Below the pieces are notes generated by a model, which worked only from the letters and a program-made list of their open reading frames with translations, made no database searches and was not told where the DNA came from. Of a DNA stretch of 64,000 nucleotides, positions 24,965 to 37,182 are shown one piece after another. Source of the DNA: Malacoraja senta (Eukaryota); the NCBI GenBank assembly GCA_038087875.1, contig CM075987.1:18414001-18478000 (forward strand). The letters run 5' to 3'. The first letter of the stretch is position 1. Each line of letters begins with the position of its first letter. The position numbers and the translations under genes are program-made.

Positions 24965-25172
24965 GAAGGAACTGCAGATGCTGGTTTGATCCGAAGATAG
25001 ACACAAAATGCTGGAGTAACTCAACGGCACAGGCAGCATCTCTGAGAGAGGAATGGGTGTCATTTCGCGTCGCGACCTGAAGAAGGATCTCGACCTGAAA
25101 CGTCACCCATTCCTTCTCTCCAGAGATGCTGCCCGTCCCGCTGAGTTACTCCAGCATTATGTATCTATCTTC
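24965..25172 (+). mobile_element. Palindromic Penelope-derived element with hammerhead motif
   Basis: Long inverted repeat with CTGAAGAAGGATCTCGACCTGAAACGTCA (about 25077-25105) near the apex. Confidence 0.8.
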
Positions 25173-26179
25173 AGGAAAAACAACTGTTTGATTGATATCC
25201 TATCTACCATTCTTATGTACTTCCTCTCCCTTTATGATACTGTAGGTGCAATATATGCCATCTCTAAGATGTACTGTTGCAATGTCACTGAATAAAATAA
25301 GGGTCGCTTATGCTTAAGACTCGGATGTGAATTTTTCTCTTTCATTGTGTATTATATTTTTGGAATGTTTTTTCCTCATTGGGTAGCAGAAGCAGAATCT
25401 TACAATATTTAAAACAAAGGTGGATTGGTTATCAGGGACAGGCTGGTATATAGTCTTCAATCCATATTCCAATCAGATCAGCCATGATTTTATTGAACAA
25501 AAGTCTCAAGTGGCCTAATCCTGCTCCTAAGTGGTGTGCTAATTTGTGCTCAAGGAAAGCCCAGTGTATGCAGAGCAAGCACCTACAAATCGAATGCATT
25601 GAAGGATAGTTACAAGAGAGAAAATAAGTGAGAGGAGTTTTGGGAAGTTCTGGAGACTGGCATGTTGGTATTGATGCTTGGCACCAGTGTTAACCTTATC
25701 CATATTTGGTGTTTTGGGCTGCTGAATTACAAGTCTAGATTTTTTTTATGATTGCATTTGAGTTTAGCATTTGAATATAGCTAATAACATGCAGAATAGA
25801 ATCAAATATAGGAAGGCAAAAATAAGCTTTAAAAATCATTTATAAAGTAATATAAATAAGACATTAATTATATTAAATATTAAATATTAGATTTAGAAAC
25901 CCCAGCACATCATTCTTGACGCTGACTGTTAGCCACAGAATTTCTGCGGATGGACATCTTTTATCCTTTGAATTCACTGCCCTCTGCAGGGCACCTGCGG
26001 CATCTTCAAGCAGCTCAAACAAATGATTGAAGAATCTCACAAGGCCAAGGCAAGAAACAACATAAAGGCAATATAAAATGCATCAAGATAATGTTATTGG
26101 AAGCAAAATGAAGACGGGGTATGGATCAAAATAGAAACATAATACGTCATTTACAAACCCCACCCACCACCACTATAAT

Positions 26180-27330
26180 TTCTCCCCATTCAGTAAGATT
26201 TTGGCTGACCTTTTTTATACATAACTCAACTTTCCTGCACTAACCTCTCATTCCCCGATTCCCATAATAACATAAAATCTATCAATTTTTCACTAACTCA
26301 GCATCGACAACCATCTTGGATAAATAATTCTGAAGATTCTTTGGGTGTAAAAACTTCTTCCCAACTCTATCCTGAACGATTCTCTGGTTCTTAACATTCT
26401 GCCTGGAGAGAAGAAACGTTGCAAAAAAGCATAGCCAAGCCCTTTAAGGACTTTATACATTTTAATGAACGAGTACAGGCCATTTGTTTAATCTGACAAA
26501 TTCACAATTCCCAGAATCAATCTGGTGAGGCATCTGCTGAATCCCTAGAAGTATAGCCTTCTTTAGACAGGGAACACAGATTAGCACACTATAGTCCAAA
26601 TGCAATCTCACCAGGGCCCTATGTAATGGACGCAATTGTCTTGTATCAGCTGCAAAATTGGATGTATTATTGCATTTGATCCCTCATCTATATCACTACA
26701 ACAGATTTTGTGCAGCATAGGCCCTAGAATTGATCCCTGCAGCACCTTCTTAATCATCTTCCCAACCTGCTTACTTCTATCCGTTAACTAATCTTCAGTC
26801 TACCACAGTATATTACCATCAATACTGTGCACTCTAATTTTGTGTGGCACCTCACTGAAGGCTTCTGAAAGTCCAACACACACCACTTTGCTCACCCTTA
26901 CTTATTCTGCAAATTATATCCTCAATTTTAACAAATTCATCAAACATATTTCCCTTTCTCCACCCACTTCTTATTTTCTGGTGCCGTTATCCTTTCCCTG
27001 AATAACAGATTCCAGCAATTTCCCTACTATTGCTGTCAGGCTAACTGGTCTATGGTTCACTTTTTCCTTGCTCTTTTTTGACCAGCGGGTTTACATCTGC
27101 TACTTTACAATCTGTGGGAACCAATCATGAATCTATGACATTTTGAAAGGTGACTGGGCATCTCCTATTCTCATTACCACTTCTTTCAAAACTTTGGAAG
27201 GTAGTTAAAGTCCTGGGGATTTGTTGCCTTTCTGTCCTGTTTATTTCTATACTATTAGTTTATTTTTAACCTACGATATTTTCATTGACTGCCTCATTTA
27301 AGCTTGAACTGCAATCTTCCACTGTCTTCT
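26180..27330 (-). mobile_element. Highly decayed CR1 LINE
   Basis: Recognisable CR1 RT segments in reverse (e.g. TCCCTACTATTGCTGTCAGGCTAACTGGTCTAT); no intact ORF. Confidence 0.55.
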
Positions 27331-28235
27331 ACAAAGACAGAAAATATTTGTTAAATTTCTCCTATAATGGGCCCACATTAATTATTTAATCTTTAGATAT
27401 ATGTTATTAGACTCTTGTGTTTCTTGCTAGCCTGCTGTCATATTCTATCTAGGGTTAATAGTGAAATATTAAATATAAAACCAACAAGGATTTTTTTCAT
27501 ATTCTGTAACATTAAATTTGTTTGGAGGCAGTAAGACTCACGCTTGTAAAATGTACTTTTCAGGTCAGAGAGTTGGGTAACAGTAATTACCACTGAAAAA
27601 TTGTAATTAAGAACATGGCAACTTCTTATTCATCTAGATTATTTTTTTTCCCATTCATCTTCAGCGAGAACAGTTCACACCATAATTGATTCCATGAGCA
27701 AAGGCAGCTACAAAACCCGTCACCACCCGCCCCTTGGAAGAACACGCCATAACTGATAACCACCTCCAAATTTCCATTTAACTGTGAATGTGCAAATATG
27801 CAAGTTGCTTTCATTTACCTGTTCATGAGCTTATTGTTATTAATACAAGAACTTCTGTACCTATTTGTCTCTCAACAATGTGCTGCAAAATGGCAATGTG
27901 CGCTCTCTATGTATCAGTACGGGTACAGGAACATTTGTAGGCAAACAATATCTTGTCACTGGAACATGTATCATGTCATCTCAGTTTTTTCAAAAATAAA
28001 TCACCTCCCTTCAGTGAAAATTAGAAATTGCACTTTGAAATTGAACAACATTTTTCTGCAGCTAAGCAAATTAGCCATTAGTCCTCTTAATTATTCAATT
28101 AGTAGAACCTTCCACGTAGGTCTTGTCCGTTGAATCTGACCACCTTTTTTTGAGTTGGTATGTAAAAATTGGGAATGTGTATCAATGTGTATTTCGATAG
28201 ACTTCCACAACATATTTGATGCAATCATAATAGAA

Positions 28236-29467
28236 TCTATATATATTATCTTATATTACTAAAACTCTCATCTTGTTTGTTTGTATGCGTGTGCGTGAGA
28301 TCCCAAAACTCCGCCAAAACGGTATACGATAGCACTACAATTCTTGGCCAACGTTACTCACCATTGTCCTGGGGGGATGTGCAGTACCAAGTTTTGTTCG
28401 GATTAATGTTACATTTTACAAGTTATTGACATTTTAAACTTTACAAAAATCATTTTTAAAGCACTCTTCCACTTCCCCTGCCCATCAGCCGCATTCAACA
28501 TCACAATGGGATCCCGAATATCATTTTTTTAAATCGCCATTTTCAGTGACATTGATTTTATTCTAAAGAAAAACCCCTTTTAATCAAATTCTTCCGTTTT
28601 CATTAACAGCTAACATTGTCTTTAGGTTATTTAAAAGAAAAAACGCGATTTTCATTGAGAATTTCACTTTTTTGTTTTTTATTGCGATTTTTATTGTGGG
28701 GAGGGTGGGATAGGGGGGAGGTTTCAATAAAAAAATACATCGTGATTTTCATTGTGGGGAGGTGGGATAGAGGAAGAAGTGGGGGAGCAGGGGGATAGAG
28801 GGAGAGGAGGGAGAGGGTGGGGAAAGTGGGGGAGGTGAGGAGGGAGAGTGGGGAGTGGGGGATAGAGAGGAGGGGGAAGTGAGGAGGGAGACTGGGGAGG
28901 TGGGGATAGGGGAGGTGAGGAATGGGGGAGGAGGGGGATAGAGGGAGAGGAGGGGGTATGGAGGAGGGAGGGGTTATGGAGGGAGGGAGTGAGTGACTGA
29001 GGGTAGGGGAAAGGAGAGGGAGGGAGGGAGGGAGTGGGGGAGGGGAGGGGGAAGGGGGAGGATGAAGAGGAGGGGATGAGGATAGGGGCAGGAAGAGGGA
29101 TGGCGAGGTAATGGAGGAGGGGAGGGGGAAGAAGGAGGAGGGGAGGGAGGGGGTGAGGGGAGGAAGCAGAGGAGGGTTGGTGGAAAGGTGGGGAGAGGGA
29201 GGATAATGGAGATGGGGAATAGGGGACTGAAGAGGGAGAGTGAGATGCGTTCACATTGATCTTATATTTTACAGGTTATTGCCATTTTGAACTTTAAAAA
29301 CAGCGCAGTCGCACTCCCTTGCCGGCTGCACCTGCGCAATTGGGGATGGTTGCGTGACTCGCATCACAACAGGAACCCGTCAGCCGCAACTGCACAGTTG
29401 GGGGCTATGGGTCAGTGGTGGAACATTGCCTTGGGGGACGGGTACAACGCGTCTGCTCCTGGTCTAG
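28236..29467 (+). mobile_element. Non-autonomous Helitron
   Basis: Begins A|TCTATATAT and ends CTAG|T after a GC-rich imperfect hairpin; inserted between A and T with no TSD. Confidence 0.7.
28757..29240 (+). repeat. G-rich polypurine low-complexity tract inside the Helitron
   Basis: About 480 nt of almost pure G/A with dozens of GGG runs. This tract explains the Pro-rich ORF 28724..29254. Confidence 0.9.
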
Positions 29468-29949
29468 TACTAGCTAATGTTGAAGCTGGAGGCAAATTAT
29501 TGACCTGGCAAAGAAATTGGTTTAAGGTAGGAAATCAAACCTAAATTCATTTGTCATTACTTAAGTCGAGGAAAACAATGTTATTTCCAAAGTGAAATCC
29601 ATTTTGGACCAAAAAGAATAAAACTTTCCAGGCAGCGATAACATAGAAACATGGAGGAACAGAGAGACAAAGACTCACCTCGCAAAGATATGGAAAAATA
29701 ATCAAGATAGCGAATAGATTGAAAGGATCAGCATGGAAACTGACCCTTCAGCCCACCGAGTCCACACCGACGAGCAGTCATCCATTCATGCGAGTTCTGT
29801 TATCCTACTGTTGTAGCCATTCCCTACACACTAGGGCCGATTTACATATGCTGCCTGACCCGCTGAATGAATCCAGCTGTCTTTGGTTTAGATTTCCAGG
29901 CAGACATATGGAGCAAGATCACGTCATCTCCATGGCAGAAACTCTGCAA

Positions 29950-30260
29950 CGTTAGAGGCGGAAGGGTGACGATAGAAATATACAAAATTATGAGGGGCAT
30001 AGATAGCGTAGAGTCTTTACCTCAGAGTGAAAATGTTAGGTTTAAGTTGAGAGGGGAATTTTAATAAACACAGTAGGTGCCCAGAATGCAGTCAGGAGAG
30101 GAGGTAGAAGCAGTTGAATAGAAACATTAACAGGCATTTGGATAGTCACATGGACTGGGTTGGAATACCAGGATACAGGCAAATAGGATTAGTTAGATCG
30201 GCATCATGGTCAGTAGACACAATGGACTAAAGTGCTTGTGCCTGTGTTGTACTGTTCTCT
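29950..30260 (+). mobile_element. Decayed CR1 3' fragment
   Basis: Peptide IEIYKIMRGIDSV and tail TGTGTTGTACTGTTCT. Confidence 0.7.
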
Positions 30261-32402
30261 GTTCAGACACATTGAAGAGGCTATTTTGTGTTTACTCTAC
30301 TTTTGTGTTTACCCTAGATTACTCCTGATCTTTTCAGCCAAGTTAGTGTCACTTCAGGGCCACTCTTTACAGGATATCTAGCATTTAAGCAATGTGAATT
30401 TTGCCACCTAAATGCCAGTGATGAAGGCAGCATGAAATATGTTCAATTTACCTTACTGTAGCACTTACTGAGTGCAGTAACTGGGGTTACTTGAATCATG
30501 TGCAAAAATGCTGGATGGAGTCCCAAAATAAATGATCTTCACAGATTTTATATAACTTTTACATCAGCTAGAGTTTGTAGTGTATAATTGCAGGGGGGTT
30601 TTCTTCACGGATGCCATAATTTTCATTGTTTGTTGTAAACCAAACTTTTCTCCAATTAATGTGTTTTCAGGAACTTTGATGTGTATAAATACTGCAACAA
30701 AAATGTCAAATAAAAATGACGGAAATCAAAATATACAATGATGTGATCAGTACAGTTCACTGCTCTTTTTTTTAACTTTTCAGTGCTTTTCAAAAATAAA
30801 TATGCTTTATGCGCCAAACATAAAAGCAGGCAACATTTAGGTGATGATGATAAGTATGATAACATTACAAAAACAAGTTATCACTTATTGTGATCTGTGT
30901 AATAATACTCGAACTAAAAAAAAAAAAGCTTCTAGCATGTTCGGATATTTACAGTTTCAACCAGCTACCCATACACTTATTTACAAAATGTTGTAAGTTA
31001 TCTTAACATCTCACTCTGTCACACTTTTGCTTTAAAATTATAAGAAAGCAAAATAAAAATGGAGTGGAAGACAAACTTGCATTTGTTAGCTCAAGACTTC
31101 ACTCTTGACATTTTATAAATTTACATCACCAAATGCATCAGTGCAACCCAATTTGCCTGATGTAAGTAGCTCACTCCAATGTAAACTGATTTGTGTACAA
31201 CTGCATTGAACTCTGACAGCTCATTGTTAAAGTACTCACTTTGAAATTATCTCCTTTTCACAAAAATATCAAGGAAAATTGCACTTCTTTCAAATCAAAT
31301 AACTGTCCATAAGCAGTAAAATTCAAGAATATTATGTGTATACTTAACTCAAGCAAACATCATTTTCATAGCAGTATTATGAATAGGCAAGAGTTTACCT
31401 ATTTTTCACTATTTCCACTGCTTTTCTACTGCATAGAATGGGTGACTAGCTATTCTACTTATCCTCTTATTATACTCCACAATTTGTTTAAATTATTTTT
31501 GCACCAATACAATTATTCATATTCTATGAATTTATATTTTTATTTCCAAAGAACATGGACATTTCGTCATTTTAAAAAGAAACCAAAATACCAGAGTAAA
31601 ATAGTCATTCACAACAGTATCTCACTCCCTTTTATCTGCATTGGCCAGCTATTGAAAATTGTTCTTGACTTTCAAGTCACAAACAGCAAGGAAAGAACCA
31701 GCTTATGTGTCTATATCACCTCAACTTGGTGAGTAAATAACATTCAATGTGAAACACATGGAAATTGAGAAGGAAGTAACTTGGCACATCATATAAGGAT
31801 TACTACCAAAATGAAAATTACTGCAAAACATGCATTACAGCCCAGTGTTCAGGTGAAATCGCTTATGAGGTAACTCTCGGCAATTTATTAGCGTTGTCTT
31901 AATCTCAATACATAATTTGTAATGCACTCATATACATACCATCAGCAAAATGTACAATGTTTTCTTACCTCAACTTTTCTGGTGTATTTTGCTGGTAAAA
32001 ATATTGTGATGGACAAAGCTGCATACCAATTATGATGCATCGGCAAAATTGGTCTGCTGGTCACTGGGGTATAAATGAATGTACAAAATAATCCTGTCTA
32101 GCCATATAATTGTTCTTCATTACTTGTTTGTGGTGTTAACATCATCAAATCTGTTCACATAATTTAAATTTTATTTATTTATGCAAGTTTGGAGATGTGC
32201 ATCCTGATTTACAAATATTGTAGCACAGCTAATTTCGCTTTCTACTTGCCACCCTGTGCATGTTACCAACCATAGACAGCACCAAGGAATTTTAACTAAT
32301 CTATATGGTAAACACATTTAAAATGTTTAGATGATTAGCAGACATACTTTGGGTCAAATATTCGTATATCAGATGTGATCATCACCCAAACTCTGAATGT
32401 TT

Positions 32403-33331
32403 AAGAGGGAACTGCAGATTCTGGAAAATCGAAGGTAGACAAAAATGCTGGAGAAACTCAGCGGGCGAGGCAGCATCTATGGAGCGAAAGAAACAGGCAA
32501 CGTTTCGGGGCGAGACCCTTCTTCAGACTGATGTGAGGGTGGGGGGGTGGGAAGAGGCGGAGACAGTGGGCTGAGGGAGAGCTGGGAAGGGGAGGAGAAA
32601 GCTGGGACTACCTGAAATTAGAGAAGTCAATGTTCATACGGCTGGGGTGTAAACTGCCCAAGCGAAATATGAGGTGCTGCTCCTCCAATTTACGGTGGGC
32701 CTCACTCTGGCCATGGAGGAGGCCCAGGACAGAAAGGTCGGATTCGGAATGGGAGGGGGAGTTGAAGTGCTGAGCCACAGGGAGATCAGGTTGGTTGTTG
32801 CGAACCGAGCGGAGGTGTTCAGCGAAGTGATCGCCAAGCCTAAGCTTGGTCTCACCGATGTAGACCAGCTGACACCTAGACCAGCAGATGCAATAGAAGA
32901 GGTTGGAGGAGGTGCAGGTGAACCTCTGCCGCACCTGGAAAGACTGCTTGGGTGCTTGAATGGAGTCAAGGGGGGAGGTAAAGCGACAAGTGTAGCATTT
33001 CCTGCGGTTGCAAGGGAAAGTGCCGGTAGAGGGGGTGGTTTGGGTGGGAAGGGAGGAATCGACCAGGGAGTTACGGAGAGAGCGGTCTCTGCGGAAAACA
33101 GACAGGGGAGGAGATGGGAAGATGTGGCCAGTGGTGGGATCCTATTGGAGGTGGCGAAAATGTCGGAGGATTATTTGTTGTTTGTGACGGCTGGTAGGGT
33201 GGAAGGTGAGGACAAGGGGGTCTCTGCCCTTGTTACGAGTGGGGGGGGGGGGGGGGGATGGGGAGTGAGAGCAGAGTTATGGGGTATAGAAGAGACCCTG
33301 GTGAGAGCCTCATCCATAGTAGAAGAGGGAA
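32403..33331 (-). mobile_element. 5'-truncated Penelope-like retroelement (Neptune-type) with GIY-YIG endonuclease
   Basis: ORF 32608..32934 has NLFYCI..YIGETKLRLGDHFAEH..VAQHFN..RKLEEQHLIFRLGSL. An upstream Cys linker GTFPCNRRKCYTC lies at about 32987-33025, and the terminal repeat carries a hammerhead motif. Confidence 0.92.
32496..32529 (-). ncRNA. Minimal hammerhead ribozyme motif in the PLE terminal repeat
   Basis: The minus strand reads AGT-CTGAAGA-AGGGTCTCGCCCC-GAAAC-GTT-GCC: CUGANGA core, stem II, GAAA, palindromic ACGT stem III and NUH triplet. Confidence 0.65.
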
Positions 33332-33739
33332 ACATCATACCGAAAGTACACAAATTCAATCATTGTTAGAATATTGATCTTATTTCAACTGATTGCTCAA
33401 TATTGATTCATACAATTTTGACACAATATACTTCACCTCGAACTTTCTAGCCAGCAGGTACATACATTGCTTCAATCTGAGCTGGATTTAAAAACAATTT
33501 AAAGTTTGTATACATTCATCCATAACAATCATTCAACACCCTGAAGCAGTGAGATCCTATTTTAAAGCAAGTTTTCCAAATAATGCACAAGTAAATATTG
33601 ATATCCCTCGACACCTTTTATTTATTTTTTAGAAAAGTGCTTTTACAGAATGATAAATTGCCTTCTAAAGATTATATTCTTGTGCTAAAAAAGAAAGTCA
33701 CCATACACAAGTTGAAGGAACTCATTTGGGTCCAACATA

Positions 33740-34738
33740 CAGTGCTCTCCATAAAGTTTTGGACAAAGACCCATCATTTATTTATTTGCCTTTGTACTCC
33801 ACAATTTGAGATTTGTAATAGAAAAATAAATCACATATGGTTAATGTGCACAGTCAGATTTTATTAAAGGGTATTTTTATACATGTAGAAATTACAGCTG
33901 TGGACAGATGAGATGAAGATTAACATATCAGAGTGATGGCAAGAGCAAAGTGTGGAGGAGAGAAGGAACTGCCCATGATCCAAAGCATACCACCTCATCT
34001 GTGAAACACGGTGGTGGGGGTGTTATGGCCTGGGCATATATAGCTGCTGAAGGTACTGGCTCACTTATCTTCATTGATGATACAACTGCTGATGGTAGTA
34101 GCATAATTAATTCTGAAGTGTATAGACACATCCTATCTGCTCAAGTTCAAACAAATCTCAAAACTCATTGGCCGGCAGTTCATTCTACAGCAAGACAATG
34201 ATCCCAAACATACTGCTAAAGCAACAAAGGAGTTTTTCAAAGCTAAAAAATTGTCAATTTTTGAGTGGCCGTCAATCACCCGATCTGAACCCAATTGAGC
34301 ATGCCTTTTATATGCTGAAGAGAAAACTGAAGGGGACTAGCCCCCAAAACAAGCATAAGCTAAAGATGGCTGCAATACAGGCCAGGCAGAGCATCACCAG
34401 AGAAGACACCCAGCAACTGGTGATGTCCATGAATCGCAGACTTCAAGCAGTCATTGCATGCAAAGGATATGCAACAAAATACTAAACATGACTACTTTCA
34501 TTTACATGACACTGCTGTGTCCCAAACATTATGGTGCCCTGAAATGGGGGGACTATGTTTAAACACTGCTGTAATTTCTATATTGTGAAACCAAAACGTA
34601 TAAAAATGGCCTTTATTAAAATCTGCCAAGTGCACTTTAACCACATGTGATTTTTTCTATTACAAATCTCAAATTGTGGAGTCCAGAGGAAAATAATTAA
34701 ATAAATGGTCTTTGTCTTAAACATTATGGAGGGTACTG
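33740..34738 (+). mobile_element. Internally deleted Tc1/mariner transposon
   Basis: TA|CAGTG..TACTG|TA ends with TIRs over 140 bp. Frameshifted DDE remnants [24 protein letters not shown] and SPDLNPIEH; the N-terminal DNA-binding region is missing. Confidence 0.93.
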
Positions 34739-36879
34739 TATGTTGTGAAACTAAATGCTTCATAGCCATTAAGACAACTTCTTAAATTGAAATATCTGTA
34801 ATTATCACCTAAAGGAATTTTTTAATTTTTTATAAATGTGCTCAAGTAGTGAAAACTTAAAATTTTTAAATTTGAACGTCTCATAAATGTTGCATAGGAA
34901 TGATCCCTCTTAAAACAGGTATCAAACTTGCAAACAATCTGGCATTAACCTATGTTAAGATAACAGAATCCATTAAATCATACTTTTTAATCATTTCCTC
35001 TTTGATCCTGCTTATTAAGAATTAAGCAATTTAAAGATTATCACATCATACTCAAATGTTCAGTCCGTATATGATGCAATCACCTTTACTGATTATTTCA
35101 CTTGGTATTAAAATGCATTTTATAAAACAACAGACGATAACTCTGCCATAATAATGAAAAACTAAAAGAGTATTTGAAAATACATTCATCTGCACCTACA
35201 ATTAAGATATTTTCAAATCCTTACTGGTAATTACATTGATGCTCGCTAAATTTCCATGCCGATTTAGCCAATTTTAGCTGAAATTTTCGAAACATACAAT
35301 TCAATTTGGAGCAATTTCACACTATAAATAAACATAGTTTACTTCTGCATCTTGTTTTAAAGAGAAAGTTAAAGCTATTTCCTTCTGCTAAAGATGTGTT
35401 TACATGTTGGTAGTGTTCAGACTATATGTATAAGTCAGCACTGTCAAAATAAAAAGTGTCTTATTAAGCAATTTTATCTTGCAGGTTTATTACAAGTGAT
35501 TACACAGAATTGCCGTGTCGTGGAGAAAGAATCAAGCTTCAAGGACCATCATTATGATCACACATTTGAGAGTGATCAAATTAGTTTGCTACTATACCGC
35601 ATAATATTAAGATTTCCTTTATTTTAAACAGAACACACACAGCTCCTGACAGGTTGTTAAAAACTCCAGAAGGAAAAATAAATCATAAACATCTGGTGGG
35701 ATAATGTCCATTTTGCAGACAGTAGTCAAGAATGGCAAAATATAATAAATACTGCTATCCCAAAAGAAATAGGCTATGTTCAACAGAATATACATTCTTA
35801 CAAGAGCATACTGCTCATACAGCATGGGAAAATAAGAGGATGTAAGGATTTCAGAATGCACAATGCAATAAAAAGCATTACAATTTGACTGTGACCTCTC
35901 AGTGTGCCTCCACACAGCAATACTGTGCCCTGCGTGATAATACTCTACTTCTACAACAATCTTCCTTACTGGACGAATAACACCCAATCATTACTGCAGA
36001 ACACAGACTTTCTCTAAAATGATGGTATGTATAAAATGTGCCAAATTCACGTTTTTAATAAATCAAATGTTCCAATGAACATAGCATATGCCGTCATCCT
36101 GCCGGCCTGTGCAGATTTGTTCATATGCTTTGCATGATTGTTCTTCCAAGAACTATGGCTGCTGATAAATCGGTCACATTGCTGTCTCAATATATACAGA
36201 TCACAATCCATCACCGTTCACAGCAAGAATACAAGAAAAGTAAGTAACATCGGAATTGCAAGTCAGTTGTCATCAAGTTTCTTGGCAGTTATTAGATTGT
36301 TGTACCAAAGTCAGGCCAGTTTCTTAACCAGTTTCGGAAGATGGCCCACCATTTTGTTCCAATTTCAGGACAAGTTTACCTCAGGCCAAACCCAGTTGCA
36401 ACATTGCCCCATTCCCCCATGGCGATGCCATTCCATAGAGGAATTGAAGGTAAAGTAAAAGTAGAGGAACCTTTTTACAATTACAGTCCACAAATACTTT
36501 TAAGAATCCACTGGCTAGAAAACTTGCCACATGCAAAGAAAAGACAGTTACAAGCCAGAGTAACCACAGTAAAAAAAAAAAGCCATGATTTTGTCACGTA
36601 CCGCCAAATGTCAGCACCCAGAGACCAAAATCCTTCAAAAAAAATCTGACTACTTATTTTGTCCTTTGTGGAATAGATAACATTTCACCGTCTGTGCAAA
36701 CGTACAATAAAAAGTTCCATTCTGTCAAATGCAACAAAATCTGGAGAGATTTGTAGCTCCCAAAACCAAATAGCCAGCAAATCAAATGGAAAAATTGCTG
36801 ATTTCAACACATTCTATTATGAGGAAATAGGGGGAACATTAGATTAATGGAGCACTTGAACCCAAGCATAAAATTCTTC

Positions 36880-37182
36880 TCATTTTCCAGTTGCTTGCTT
36901 CTTTGGCACTGCAGATCGTTTGGCTTGCCACAAATGGTTATGAATCGTGATTGCGTCCACACTGACCGACATGGTTTTCGTAGGTATTAGGCTAAACAGC
37001 TTTCTGTCTGAGCTGTACTTGTAAAGCTTATCGATCATCTTCCTTTGAATGTTTTTTGGCCCTGTGCCAGTTAACTTCTGCATCTCCTCAGAGTCTGGGG
37101 AATAGGCATAAATTGCTCGGAACTGGCAGCCCGCATCACGAAACAAGATGATGTAATGGTTAGCCTCGCATTTCTCAAGCTC
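36880..37182 (-). CDS. CAMSAP1: CAMSAP1 last coding exon (CKK domain, TGA stop)
   Basis: ELEKCEANHYIILFRDAGCQFRAIY..SVDAITIHNHLWQAKRSAVPKKQATGK*. Confidence 0.96.
   Translation of the reverse strand, partial: ELEKCEANHYIILFRDAGCQFRAIYAYSPDSEEMQKLTGTGPKNIQRKMIDKLYKYSSDRKLFSLIPTKTMSVSVDAITIHNHLWQAKRSAVPKKQATGK

Noticed and set aside
28724-29254. 176-aa Pro/Ser-rich ORF
   Set aside because: It is a translation of the low-complexity C-rich strand inside the Helitron.
32674-33369. 231-aa plus-strand ORF
   Set aside because: It is the antisense shadow of the Penelope coding region.
30600-36879. A 6-kb extended CAMSAP1 3' UTR (Pumilio-type TGTAAATA at 30946-30953 and 30978-30985 on the minus strand) that would include the PLE hammerhead and the Tc1
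   Set aside because: The UTR end cannot be defined from sequence alone. An earlier AATAAA exists (35486-35491) and such motifs are common in AT-rich DNA; 3'-end sequencing is needed.
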